The position numbers and the translations under genes are program-made. Shown piece by piece: positions 1 to 12,121 of a DNA stretch of 64,000 bases (position 1 is the stretch's first letter; each line of letters opens with the position of its first letter). The DNA is taken from NCBI GenBank assembly GCA_963754315.1, contig CAVWFS010000006.1:64001-128000 (forward strand), given 5' to 3'. The notes under the pieces were generated by a model, which was given only the letters and a program-made list of their open reading frames with translations, searched no databases and was not told the origin of the DNA. This DNA is from an uncultured Candidatus Rokubacteria bacterium. GTDB taxonomy: Bacteria; Methylomirabilota; Methylomirabilia; Rokubacteriales; CSP1-6.

Positions 1-403
1 AAACGGGCAGGCACGCGATGAAGAAAAGCGTGACCAGGTTGATGAGCCAGCGGCGTGCCATTCGCGCGGCGAGGACGCCGTAAAGCGGCACTGCCAAGGT
101 GAGGAGCAGGGCCTGGGCGCCCAGGGTATAGCTCTTGATCTCCGCGCCCCGCGGCTGGGCGAGGATCAGCGCCTCGCGCGCGGGCTTCATTACGTAGTAG
201 GCGGCCAGGATCAAGAAGACGGTCAGCGTCAGAAGCATGAGCTGTCGCATCTCGCCGGGCCGGACGTCCGCGAACAGGCTGAGGACCCGTTCCAGCGGGC
301 CGCGCGGCCGCGAGGCCGGCGCGGCGGCTCGGCCGGTTGTGGGCAGGGCAGGTCCTGCCGTGGCGGCGCCCGCTCGGTCGGGGGGCATCGCTGTGGATGC
401 CAC
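1..403 (-). CDS. Npt1/Npt2 (TLC) family nucleotide transporter, N-terminal part; runs off window
   Basis: Manual translation of the minus strand (absent from the ORF track): ...LSLFADVRPGEMRQLMLLTLTVFLILAAYYVMKPAREALILAQPRGAEIKSY..., typical of ATP/ADP-translocase-like transporters. Start GTG 403 or ATG 388. Confidence 0.75.
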   Translation of the reverse strand, partial: MASTAMPPDRAGAATAGPALPTTGRAAAPASRPRGPLERVLSLFADVRPGEMRQLMLLTLTVFLILAAYYVMKPAREALILAQPRGAEIKSYTLGAQALLLTLAVPLYGVLAARMARRWLINLVTLFFIACLPV

Positions 404-735
404 GATGTGCCGGTCGTCCCCCGGCGGCGGTGGACTCACCGCCGCCTCAGGCGGACCTCGCCCCGGCTCCGCCTCCAGTTCATTCATTTCCTCCCAGACT
501 GCATGGTTGCTTATACCGTCGGATCTCGGCCGGGCGAGCGTCTTCGTTGTACCGCGGCCGGAGTAGGCTGGCAAGGTCGCCCGCCGTGCCCGGACCCGCC
601 GGCGCCGCGCGGCCGGCGCTCAGGGCAGGATTGCCTCGGCACGTTCATCCCTCGTCGGCCGGTGCTGCTGCTCCCTGTTTCGAGAGCTCTCACGCACAAC
701 CCGCCCCTCTAGCCAACCGCCACCGGAGGATTCGC

Positions 736-750
736 TGGCACCAAATATGC
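736..750 (+). promoter_or_regulatory. Putative sigma-54 (-24/-12) promoter
   Basis: TGGCAC-CAAAT-ATGC (GG-N10-GC spacing), 37 nt upstream of ATG 787. Confidence 0.5.
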
Positions 751-786
751 CGTAAGGTAGAAACTAGGCACGCAAGGAGGATCGCG

Positions 787-1035
787 ATGGGTGGGCTACT
801 GTTCGGGGCAATCATCGGGGCGGCCGTCATGTACTTCTGGGGAGACCGCATCCGCGACGCCATGCCGCAGGCGAAGGAGAGGGCCGCAGATGCCCTCGGT
901 AAGATTGGCGAGAGCGCCGAAGACGCGCTTGACCGGGCTCGCTCCAGCGTTCGCGACTCAGTGAGCCGGGGTCAGGACACGCTCCGCGCGCGGACGGGGA
1001 CCCGCGAAGCGAGGGACCACGAGAAGTCCGTCTGA
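787..1035 (+). CDS. Small membrane-anchored protein, YtxH-like
   Basis: AAGGAGG RBS before ATG 787; N-terminal hydrophobic GLLFGAIIGAAVMYFW followed by an amphipathic helical tail. Confidence 0.6.
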   Translation: MGGLLFGAIIGAAVMYFWGDRIRDAMPQAKERAADALGKIGESAEDALDRARSSVRDSVSRGQDTLRARTGTREARDHEKSV

Positions 1036-1124
1036 CTCGCTTCTCGCCTCAGCCTTCTCAAGAACAGCCAGGTGATGGACGACCGCGGGCGCAAGCAGGA
1101 GCGCCCCGAGGATGACCGTGGGCT

Positions 1125-2093
1125 TTGCGGTCCAGGGGGCGCTGCTGCTTGGCTCGCAGTCTGGGCAGAGAGCCAGGTGCACGAGCGCTTGACCTCCCCA
1201 AGCCTCGGCCTGAGGGAGAAGCGATCATAGCGTTCATCGCAGCGAATGGGCTCACCGAGGACGCGACGAGCAGAACCATCGAGGCCGGTGGCATGACCGT
1301 GCACTACCACGACGTCGGGGCGGGGGAGCCGGTGCTGTTCCTGCACTCCTACGGACCCGGTACCACGGCGTGGATAACCTTCTACAAAATCATCGGTGCG
1401 CTCTCGCAGCACTTTCGTTGCATCCTCATGGATCTACCAAACTTCAGCAAGACGGGACCGATCGTCTATCACGAGGGCGTGCACGCCGTCCAGGCGCGGA
1501 CGGCCATCGCCCTCCTGGACGCGCTCGGCATCGGTCGCGCACACTTCGTCGGCAACTCGCAGGGTGGGCAATCGTCCATGGTCGCGGCCATCATGTACCC
1601 GCAGCGGGTCGGCAAGTTTGTGATGGGGGGGTCGCATATCGGCACCGGCGGTGATCGGTACCTCATGGCTAACCGTCCCTCGGAGGGTAGCCGGGCCACC
1701 CGCGAGGCGTTGGCCAACCCTAGCCGCGAGAACATTCGCCGGTACCTCCGCGTGCACATCGATCACGAAGCCCTCGTCACCGACGAACTGGTGAACTACA
1801 TTCACCGGGCGCACACGTGGTCACCCGCGTTCGAAGAGGCGCGGCGGCAGTGTGTGAGCGTACCGCACGACTACACGTCAGACCTGGCGAGCATCCAGGC
1901 GCCCGTGCTCCTCATTCACGGCCGCTATGATCGGATGGTCGCCTTCGAGGTCAGCATCGCCATCCTCAATCACATCGCCGACTCGCGCCTCGTACTTCTC
2001 AACAACTGCGGCCACTGGCCTCCATTCGAGAAACCCGACGAGTACACTGCGCAGGTGCTGGCGTTTCTGAAGGGGTACGGAGGCGCCGCGTGA
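1125..2093 (+). CDS. Alpha/beta hydrolase, meta-cleavage product C-C hydrolase type (MhpC/BphD/HsaD-like)
   Basis: GNSQGG nucleophile elbow, HGRYDRMV, CGHW catalytic His; adjacent to a ring-hydroxylating dioxygenase. True start uncertain and probably downstream of 1125. Confidence 0.75.
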   Translation: MRSRGRCCLARSLGREPGARALDLPKPRPEGEAIIAFIAANGLTEDATSRTIEAGGMTVHYHDVGAGEPVLFLHSYGPGTTAWITFYKIIGALSQHFRCILMDLPNFSKTGPIVYHEGVHAVQARTAIALLDALGIGRAHFVGNSQGGQSSMVAAIMYPQRVGKFVMGGSHIGTGGDRYLMANRPSEGSRATREALANPSRENIRRYLRVHIDHEALVTDELVNYIHRAHTWSPAFEEARRQCVSVPHDYTSDLASIQAPVLLIHGRYDRMVAFEVSIAILNHIADSRLVLLNNCGHWPPFEKPDEYTAQVLAFLKGYGGAA

Positions 2094-2105
2094 CGGGGCG
2101 GCCCA

Positions 2106-2630
2106 TCACAAGAAAATGCTGAGATTCTTGTCCAGAAGGACGTTGGCGTCGAGGACGATCGTGCGCCGCGCCACCTTCCACGCGCCGTCTATCTGACGCA
2201 GGACATCTTCGCGGCTTCCCGCGAAGAGCTGCTGATCCGTCTCCAGATGCGACCGGTACACAAGGAACGCGGTCTTGGCCTGCACGACGCCGCTGTCCCA
2301 CGACTCCACCACCAGGTTGCCGATCAGGTGCCGGGTGCGCGAGGGAGGGTCCTCGGCCCACGCCATCCCGCTCTCCAGGCGCGCCACTCGCATCTGCAAA
2401 TAGCGCTTGTCGTCCTCGATCAGCGCCAGGTCTCCCCGCGAGGTGACTTCCCGGTCCGATTCCCGGCGCCGCACGTTCTTCCGGCGGGGCATGAAATACA
2501 GCACGTCGTCCGTGAAGAGGTCGAGCCACTCCCCGAACTTGCGCTCGTCGAGGAGCCAGGCCTCCCGGATGTAGAATTGCATCAACTCCACCCAGAGCGC
2601 CTGCCCCGGCGTCACGGTCGCGGTCTCCAC
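2106..2630 (-). CDS. Aromatic ring-hydroxylating dioxygenase beta subunit
   Basis: REAWLLDERKF..WLDL, WAEDPPSRTRH and C-terminal KNLSIFL motifs; in-frame GTG at 2630. Confidence 0.9.
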   Translation of the reverse strand: METATVTPGQALWVELMQFYIREAWLLDERKFGEWLDLFTDDVLYFMPRRKNVRRRESDREVTSRGDLALIEDDKRYLQMRVARLESGMAWAEDPPSRTRHLIGNLVVESWDSGVVQAKTAFLVYRSHLETDQQLFAGSREDVLRQIDGAWKVARRTIVLDANVLLDKNLSIFL

Positions 2631-2677
2631 CCCCTGTGCATGCCTTCCTCCCAGACCGATATGAGCGGAGCCGCGGC

Positions 2678-4015
2678 TTATCCGCGCACGGTGGCAGTGC
2701 CCTCGTAGCGGGCGATGATGGGATCCAGGGTGATCTCGTTCCAGCTTTCGGCGTTCATGAATTCTTGCCACCGCAGGTAGAAGTTGCGCTGGTTGTTCTC
2801 GGAGATATAGCGATCGGACACGAGCCCCGGGTAGTCTGGATGGGCGCCGGCGTGGCCGAGGCCCATCGACAGATCCTGGGCCACTCGCCGTCCGATGCGG
2901 CTCTGGCTGGCCGCGGTTACCTGGCGCCAGTTATCGACGTCGTCTTGCTCGAAGAGCCCGGCCACCCCGTTGTTGGCCTGACTGCCGATACGGATCACCT
3001 CGTTGATGGCCTCGGGCGCGTCCTTCTCGAGCAGCACGAAGTGCCAGAACTCCGTCCGCAACGGCCCCCGCGGATGCGCCAGCCGAAAGCCCAGGATCCC
3101 GTTGGGGAACACGCTGTGGTTGGCCAGCTGGATGCGGTGGGCGCGGAACGCGCCGAGCCGCCGCTCAACTTCGGGAAGGGTGGCCCGATGGTACTCCTGG
3201 AAGAGGTGGACGGTCTCGCGCGACATGCCGTGCACGTAGCGAGGCGTATCGTCGCTCGCCTCCCGGAAGGTCAGCGAATGCCCGTTCACGAAGACGTGCT
3301 TGTTGGGACTCTTGAACTGGTCCGCATGGGAGAGGGGGGGACGTCCGAGAAGGTGGCTTTGCACCCGTGCGCTGGACAGGTGCGTGGTGGGGACGTGATA
3401 GTTGTCCGAGCAATTGTCGACGAGGGTCTTCCAGTTGACCGGCTCGATCCATTTCGCGGGGCCCAGCGCCTGCATGCCGCCGTCGCGCCGGTTGAAGAAC
3501 GTGTCGAGGTACCAGCGCGCGTCGCCCAGGTAGGCCTCGAGGCTCGGGGCATCGGACGCCCAGGTGGCGAAGACGATGCCGGCATAGGTGTCGGTCCGCG
3601 CTTGGAGGAGGCCGAGCGACGGTTTGTCGAGCGCGTCGTAGTAGGCCTCGGATTCCCCCGACACATGCGTGAGCGTGCCGTCGTTGGCGTAGGTCCAGCC
3701 GTGGTAGGTGCACATGAACTGGCGAGCGTTGCCGTCATCGCAGCGCACCACGCGGTTGCCGCGGTGCCGGCACATGTTCAGGAGCGCGTGAAGCCGGCCC
3801 TGGCCGTCACGGGTCAGAATCACCGGGTCCTCGCCCATGTACGTGTGGAAGAAGTCATGGGCCTGAGGGACGAGGCTCTCGTGGCCGATCATCAGCCAGG
3901 CCCGGCCAAAGATCTTCACCATCTCATCGTCGTAGATGGCTTGGTCACTGAAGATGCGCCGGTCGATCTTGCCCGTCTCGGGGTCGATGATGGCGTACTT
4001 TGGCGAGGAGCCCAT
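2678..4015 (-). CDS. Rieske aromatic ring-hydroxylating dioxygenase alpha subunit
   Basis: Rieske CRHRG...CTYHGW motif; mononuclear Fe ligands in DNYHVPTTH and EQDD. Confidence 0.93.
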   Translation of the reverse strand: MGSSPKYAIIDPETGKIDRRIFSDQAIYDDEMVKIFGRAWLMIGHESLVPQAHDFFHTYMGEDPVILTRDGQGRLHALLNMCRHRGNRVVRCDDGNARQFMCTYHGWTYANDGTLTHVSGESEAYYDALDKPSLGLLQARTDTYAGIVFATWASDAPSLEAYLGDARWYLDTFFNRRDGGMQALGPAKWIEPVNWKTLVDNCSDNYHVPTTHLSSARVQSHLLGRPPLSHADQFKSPNKHVFVNGHSLTFREASDDTPRYVHGMSRETVHLFQEYHRATLPEVERRLGAFRAHRIQLANHSVFPNGILGFRLAHPRGPLRTEFWHFVLLEKDAPEAINEVIRIGSQANNGVAGLFEQDDVDNWRQVTAASQSRIGRRVAQDLSMGLGHAGAHPDYPGLVSDRYISENNQRNFYLRWQEFMNAESWNEITLDPIIARYEGTATVRG

Positions 4016-4054
4016 GTCACGTCTTCCTCCGGCTCGCTGAGGATGCTCGCATCC

Positions 4055-4084
4055 ACCCTACGGAAAAGAGATCCCTCTTTGCAA
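4055..4084 (-). promoter_or_regulatory. Possible sigma-70 promoter with an internal palindrome, upstream of the dioxygenase genes
   Basis: Minus strand TTGCAA-N18-TAGGGT; inverted repeat AAAGAG-N4-CTCTTT at 4065-4080 overlaps the spacer. Confidence 0.35.
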
Positions 4085-4164
4085 GGCGGGCGTTAGGCAG
4101 GACGTCTCCTGGTGACGGGCTCGAGAGCAGCTCGTCGTGCGTGCTCTCGAGCCCGGGACCGGAG

Positions 4165-4606
4165 TTACTTCTGCAGGGTCAGCTTGAGACCCTCGGCCGC
4201 CAGCTTGAGGCTCGCGCCCTGGGTGGTGCTCTTGAGTTCGATGACCACCCCGTTCTGATTCTTCATCGCCGTCACGCCCGCGCCTCCGCCAACGGTGGCC
4301 CCTGCTGCGCCTGCGACATAGTTTCCGTTAAAGTCCTCGAGCTTCTTCAGATTGGACACATTCCCCGTCGCGGTCGCGCGTCTGGATCCCCACCTCTCCG
4401 ACCGAGAGCCCTTCGACCTTGACGGGATACGTCTTTCCCTGGTAACTAAGGGTCCCTTTGCCCCAGGAATATCCGATGCCTACGGCCACGCTTCCCTCGG
4501 TCAGGGTGAGGGTGGCGTCCGGCTTCTTGGCCTGCGCCAGCGCCAGCCCCGTCAACAGGGACACCAAACTCCCGACGGCCACCACTCCAGTCAACATCCG
4601 CCTCAT
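4165..4606 (-). CDS. Secreted DUF1134/EipA-like protein (one frameshift near 4380)
   Basis: GGAGG RBS and signal peptide (MRRMLTG...ALAQ); GIGYSWGKGTL..Y in one frame continues as LEDFNGNY..AGATVGGG..MKNQNGVVI in another. Confidence 0.7.
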
Positions 4607-4951
4607 GATGAACCTCCTCTCGAGCTGACTCTTCGCCCCGAATGTAGGACTTCGTTCGTGCGCCTTTCCTGCCGGGCGGGCCCTGGTCGCGTCGCTGGCG
4701 CACCCGGCACCCTCTCGATGGTACCGCGTTCGGATCCAGGAGCGCAAAGAGGGGGAAGCGCCTGCCGGGGATCCGATAGCTCATCAGGCCATCGGAGCGA
4801 CGAGATGCACGACGTGGTCCACTGCCGTAACCTAGGCCTCTGGACGACCGAGGCCAAGAAGCCGGAGGCTGGCACGTCATCAGCATGAAGAGTGAGTGGA
4901 AGCGGATCGTCGCGTTCGACCCCTAGCGGCGGCGCGCGACAGGAGGGGCGC

Positions 4952-5596
4952 ATGATCTTTGAGCAACTCGACGCCGGTGGCGACCGTAACTTCAGCTACC
5001 TGATCGGCGACGAAGACAGCCGTGTCTGTGCCGTCGTCGATCCCGGCTACGACACCAGCAAGGTCGAAGCTCGGGTGCAGGCCTTAGGACTTCGGGTCGC
5101 CTATGTTCTGAATACTCATACGCACCATGACCATGTGGCCGGCAACGGTGTCTTTCACAAGGGCGAGGTCAAGCTCGCCGCGTTCCGGGAGGCGCGCGTC
5201 AAGCCGGACATTGCCCTCGACCACGGCAGTGTCATCGATGTGGGCAAGCAGCGGATCGAGGTGCTGTTCACCCCCGGCCACTACGTGGATTCGATTTGCC
5301 TGCTGGTCAACGGCCAGAAGCTGATCACGGGCGACACGTTGTTTGTCGGCTGTATCGGCGGCTCGGGTTTCAGCGGGAGCAGCTCGGAGAAGCAGTTTCA
5401 CAGTCTGTTCAAGGTGATCCTGGCCCTCGACGATGCCGTCGAGGTGTATCCCGGGCATCACTACGGCCCCACGCCCTTCTCCACGATCGGTCACGAACGC
5501 GCCCACAACCCCTTTCTCCAGCGCCCGAATTTCAAGGATTTCATGTGGCTGAAGGAGCACTGGGAGGAGTACCAGGCCGAGCACGGTATTCCCTAG
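4952..5596 (+). CDS. MBL-fold metallo-hydrolase (glyoxalase II-like)
   Basis: THTHHDH, TPGH, TGDTLF and YPGH motifs; AGGAGG RBS before ATG 4952. Confidence 0.9.
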   Translation: MIFEQLDAGGDRNFSYLIGDEDSRVCAVVDPGYDTSKVEARVQALGLRVAYVLNTHTHHDHVAGNGVFHKGEVKLAAFREARVKPDIALDHGSVIDVGKQRIEVLFTPGHYVDSICLLVNGQKLITGDTLFVGCIGGSGFSGSSSEKQFHSLFKVILALDDAVEVYPGHHYGPTPFSTIGHERAHNPFLQRPNFKDFMWLKEHWEEYQAEHGIP

Positions 5597-5614
5597 GCCG
5601 ATAGCCTGCACCCG

Positions 5615-6019
5615 CTACCACACGGGGGCGTCGTTCATGGTGGAGACGTGGGCGGCCACCACCTTCCAGCCGAGATCGGGAAAGCGCACCCACGTTTGAC
5701 TCTGCCGGCCGATCAGCTCGCGGCCGCGCACCTTGAACTCGAGATTCACGGTGGCCAGGTCGCGCCCGAGGGTCAGGACCTCCAGCCGGAGGCGCTTCTC
5801 TTTGATGCCCGGGCCCGGCGGCCGGGCGACCCGGTGGGCGTGGATCTGGCCGAAGCCATAGCCGTTCTCGTTCAGCGCGTACCGGATGGTGTACGGGCTG
5901 TTCCAGAAGGTGGCATCGAGCACGTCGACGTCCTTGTCGATCAGCGCCTGCTCGTAGCGCTCGAACAGGTCGCGCACCTCGGCCACCACCTCCGGGAGAT
6001 TGGGCGTCACGTCGATCAT
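5615..6019 (-). CDS. AtzH/HpxZ-like (DUF3225) protein
   Basis: EVVAEV..LFERYEQAL, IRY..NENGYG, GRQSQTWVR and W.VVAAHVS family signature; GGAGG RBS. Confidence 0.85.
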   Translation of the reverse strand: MIDVTPNLPEVVAEVRDLFERYEQALIDKDVDVLDATFWNSPYTIRYALNENGYGFGQIHAHRVARPPGPGIKEKRLRLEVLTLGRDLATVNLEFKVRGRELIGRQSQTWVRFPDLGWKVVAAHVSTMNDAPVW

Positions 6020-6072
6020 GATCCAGCCTCCATGGCCTTCGCCTCCGCCACCAATCCCGCGCCAGGGTCCTC

Positions 6073-6999
6073 TTACCCGATCTCAACCAGCTCCAGCGCC
6101 TCGCGGCTGGGGCCCTCGATCATGACCGCGCGCGTGTCGCCGAGCTTGTAGGGCCCTTCGAGGAAGGTGACACCCTCCCCCCGCAGCTTGGCGACCCACG
6201 CGTCGAGGTCCACAACCTTGAGCGCGATGTGATCGTACAGCTGACCGCGGGTGCTCACCAATGGCTGGTCACCCTGCCGCATGTACCACGGCAAGGCCAC
6301 GTCGCCGAACACGACTGCCGCCGATGGCACCCTGAACATCCCGTTCCGTTCGAGAGCCGGCCAGCTGCGCTCGGATCCGCGCGGCACCCTGCACGTGGTC
6401 TCGGTCATCAGGGTGGGGCTGGTACGCCCGGCGAACACGGGGGCGTTGAGGTGCTTCTGGTACCAGAGTTGGGCGCAGAACGGGTCGTCCTGGTACAGGT
6501 GCACATGGTTGAAGCGCTCGGCCGGATGGTTGCCCGCGTATTCGACGAGGGCATTGTCCGGGCCTCTCATGTATCCGAAGCCGCCCGTGCGAGTTGGCCG
6601 CACGCCCTTGGCCTTGGCCTCAACGATCTGCGCCCTCGTCAGGCCTGGTGTGCCGCCCGTACCCGGCCAGGTGTCGCTGCTGATAAAGACCGAACCGCCT
6701 TCGTCCGTGGTGTAGAGGGGCAAGAGCGTGACGTCAGGGTGACCCTGATAGCGTTCGAGGCTCGCGCGCGTGTCGGCGACATGCCAGCCGAAGTGCCAAA
6801 TGGCGCTGGGCGGCGAGGTCGGGGGTGTGGCGCCGACCTGAGTGAACAGGACCATGACGTCGTTCGGCGCGGTCAGGGCGGGCAGCCCGGCCCAGCTCGC
6901 CCGGGCCGAGGTCGGGAACTGGCGGACGTAGAAATCGATGGCCGCGTCGGGATCGACAGAGTTGAGATGGAGATGATGAAAGCCCGGAGCCGCCAACAT
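6073..6999 (-). CDS. VOC/glyoxalase-family protein
   Basis: Repeated VOC modules: FHHLHL, WHFGW, FNHVHL, YDHIAL and terminal LELVE. Confidence 0.8.
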   Translation of the reverse strand: MLAAPGFHHLHLNSVDPDAAIDFYVRQFPTSARASWAGLPALTAPNDVMVLFTQVGATPPTSPPSAIWHFGWHVADTRASLERYQGHPDVTLLPLYTTDEGGSVFISSDTWPGTGGTPGLTRAQIVEAKAKGVRPTRTGGFGYMRGPDNALVEYAGNHPAERFNHVHLYQDDPFCAQLWYQKHLNAPVFAGRTSPTLMTETTCRVPRGSERSWPALERNGMFRVPSAAVVFGDVALPWYMRQGDQPLVSTRGQLYDHIALKVVDLDAWVAKLRGEGVTFLEGPYKLGDTRAVMIEGPSREALELVEIG

Positions 7000-7009
7000 T
7001 CAGACCCTC

Positions 7010-8440
7010 CTACTGGCGATGTATGAATTCGAGGATCGCGCTTTGGTGCTCGGCGACCAGCTTGCCCGCCGCGCCGACGAGAAGCTGGTGGTCACACTCC
7101 GAGGGCAGGACGAGTCGGGTCGGGATCTCGGCGATGCGCGTCCTCACCGCCTCGGGCGTCTTCAGCGGCTCCCGCTCCGCCTTGCAGGCCGGCGGCAAGT
7201 CGCTCATGTCGGCCGCCCACTTGGCCTCGGTGTGGCGCAGCACGATGACATTGATGGTCTTCGCGTCGGGGATGACTCCCTCGAGCTGGAGGCTCCGGAA
7301 GAAGAGCGCCTGGTAGGTGGTAGCCCGTTCCTCCATGATGCTGGGGACGCGGGAGAAGTCGAAGGTGAGGAGGGTAAACGGCAGGGAACGGCGACGGAGC
7401 TGTTGCTCTCCGACCGAGAAGGGAAAGGAGCTATCAAACGCAATGACGAGGGCCCGTTTCGCCCGCTTCAGCTGATGCTGCTTGAGGTAGAGGAAAAGGA
7501 GCGACTCGATTCCCGAGTTCTCGTAGAGGCCCCCGTCCCCGGCATGCCAATACGCTTCCTCCTCACCAATCTTCATGGTGAGGGGCCCGATGAGGGGCGG
7601 AAAGGACGCCGATGCCGTGACCGCGCCGGCCACGCGGGTCGGGCACGGATCGATGTTGATTTGGATGAGGGTCATCGGTCGGAGCAGCTTCCAGCGTTCA
7701 CGGATATACGGCGCCGGTTCCATGACGCGCCCACGCTGCTGGAGCGACCGCTCCAGATCCTCGAAGAAGTCGTAGTCGAACGCCTCCGCGGGGAGCGCGG
7801 TCACCGCGAGGCGCCGGCCGTTGTTGTAGAGCGTGGTGTTGATGACGAGGCCAGGGCTGTCGCCGGCCTTCTCCCGCGCGCTGATGTCCGCGAAGCGCGC
7901 GTCGCCGTAGATCCGCTCCCTGAGAATCTCATAGAGGGTCTGGGCGGCCAGGGCCGAGTTGACCCAGCGGAACGACAGGAGCTGACGCCAGATCAAGGCC
8001 GTCTCGAAGTCCTGGCTGACATCGGTCCGGTACTGCGTGAAGAAGGTCCGATAGGCGTCCGACATCGCCCCATCCGCGTTGAGGACTGGCACGTCCCGGC
8101 CCGGTTTCTTGAGGGCGTAGTAGCTGGCGGCGATGCTTCCCCCGGAGACGCTCGACAGGTGCGAGATCTTTTCGATCACTGAGGCGCCATCGGCCGTTCG
8201 CACACCGGCCAGCGCCTCCAACCCCGCGGCGCCAAAGAGCGCGGCGCGGCTTCCTCCGCCCGACAGCGCCACGCCGAGAAGCAGTTCGCGCTCGGGAACC
8301 TGGACCGCGCAATCTCCTATCGCGTCGGCGCGTGGCACGGTCAGGTGCTGGGCGCTGACGCACCCTCCCAGGACGATCGTCCCGATGAGCCCGACGGCGA
8401 AGGCCCACGCTGCCCAGGACTCTCCTGTCCCCCGCCCGCC

Positions 8441-8444
<4 letters not shown>
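7010..8444 (-). CDS. Patatin-like phospholipase, probable lipoprotein (indel near 8430)
   Basis: [15 protein letters not shown] and DGG motifs. The frame stays open upstream of the track start through a lipobox ([15 protein letters not shown]). ATG 8444 overlaps the upstream stop (ATGA) but is shifted by one base at a C/G run. Confidence 0.8.
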
Positions 8445-10881
<2,437 letters not shown>

Positions 10882-10971
10882 CCGCCCTCCTCTTCCCGCT
10901 CCGTCGTTGCACAGGTTTTCCGGGCCGCCCGTCCGCTCGCCCCGTTCGCCCGCGGGGGCCAAGAATCACCC

Positions 10972-11277
10972 TCAGCGGGTTACCCCGTCAAGCGCGCCCC
11001 TGCGCCCCGTCAAGCCGCGCCGAGCGGCGGCCTTGGCGCGCGCTTTCGATGCCTCGACGTCGCGATCGCGCAACGGCGCCTTCGTGACGAGCGAGTCGAG
11101 GAGCTCCTGGACGGCGCTCGCCACCTGGTTGACGGCGCGCGTGAAAGCGATCTCGTTCGCCTGGGAGGGTCTCGTGAAGCCGCTCAGCTTTCGGACAAAT
11201 TGCAGGGAGGATGCTCGGATTTCGGCGCGCGTGGCCGGTGGCTCGAAGTTATAGAGAGTCTTGATGCTTCGACACAT
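10972..11277 (-). CDS. DUF2277 family protein
   Basis: MCRSIKTL.NFEPPAT..EIRA..LQFVRKLSG...PS..N family signature; GAGGAGG RBS. Confidence 0.85.
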   Translation of the reverse strand: MCRSIKTLYNFEPPATRAEIRASSLQFVRKLSGFTRPSQANEIAFTRAVNQVASAVQELLDSLVTKAPLRDRDVEASKARAKAAARRGLTGRRGALDGVTR

Positions 11278-11403
11278 TGGAGAGCCTCCTCAGCGAGATG
11301 GGAGCCGATATGGTCAGCCCGCTTCGGGCACTGCAGAAACGGCAGGCCATGGCGTCGAGCGTGCAGGGGAGCAACGTGCTGGCCTCGCCCGGCACCGTGA
11401 GCT

Positions 11404-11967
11404 TTAGGAGAGGACCACGGCGGCGAGATGTGGCGGGATGGAATCGTATTGCAGGCGCACCCGGCGCATCGGGCCCTCGACCGAGTCGTAGAGGTCGCAC
11501 TCGTCGTAAGGCCGGGAATACACATGCAGACTCACCGCGTCTGCCCGCAGTTCGGCCGGGTTTTCCACCGCGTGGATGTCGGCCGGGCCGTCGACGTGGC
11601 CGGGCCCGCCCTCGACGAGGCTGCCCAGCGCCACCAGGGGGAGCGGCGCGTCAGAGGCCGCGCGATAGCTCGTGAAGCGCAGGCATCCTCGCTCCACCCG
11701 CGCCCAGCACAGCTCGCCTTCGTGCCCGTGGATGGGGGCGCGGGCGCCAGCGGCCCAGCACAGTACGAGTACCTCGACGTCTCGGTCCTTGTGAACGAGA
11801 TGTCGCGTGTAGCGGTGGGGCTCGAACCGCACATAGGGCTCCAGAGATGCCTGTTCAATCTGGGTCGTGGTGAGGAAGCTGTGCATCGTGGAGGCGTCGG
11901 GGCCTGAGCCGCAGAGGCGCCTCACCTCATCGACGAAATCGGCGATGAGCACGCGGATCACGCTCAT
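11404..11967 (-). CDS. Cysteine dioxygenase (type I, cupin)
   Basis: YTRHLV, IHGH..ELC, IHAVEN and SLHVYS motifs match thiol dioxygenases. Confidence 0.8.
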   Translation of the reverse strand: MSVIRVLIADFVDEVRRLCGSGPDASTMHSFLTTTQIEQASLEPYVRFEPHRYTRHLVHKDRDVEVLVLCWAAGARAPIHGHEGELCWARVERGCLRFTSYRAASDAPLPLVALGSLVEGGPGHVDGPADIHAVENPAELRADAVSLHVYSRPYDECDLYDSVEGPMRRVRLQYDSIPPHLAAVVLS

Positions 11968-12121
11968 GCGTGGTGGTGGTCTGAACCACCGGTCCTACCA
12001 GGCGACCAGAAATCCTGACACATCACGGGCACCTCCGTCCGCCGGCCGGGCGCCGAGCTTGTGGCCAGCCTGCATGACAAGGCCCGTGAAAGTCCAGCGG
12101 AGGATGGGTGACCCGCTACGT

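Noticed and set aside
337..786. N-terminal extension of the 232-aa ORF 337-1035
   Set aside because: Low-complexity translation overlapping the divergent gene; a strong RBS and promoter-like motif support the start at 787.
2636..4096. Long + strand ORF (486 aa), and similar long ORFs at 7019-8182, 12743-14524, 15827-17476, 35852-38041, 42500-43810, 45194-46450, 46381-47700, 53204-54508 and 60617-61942
   Set aside because: Each is antisense to a motif-supported gene and has no recognisable motifs; these are expected shadow ORFs in high-GC DNA.
11370..12086. Additional GG-N10-GC matches upstream of DUF2277 (11370-11385) and CDO (12071-12086)
   Set aside because: Poor -24 element; such matches arise often by chance at this GC content.
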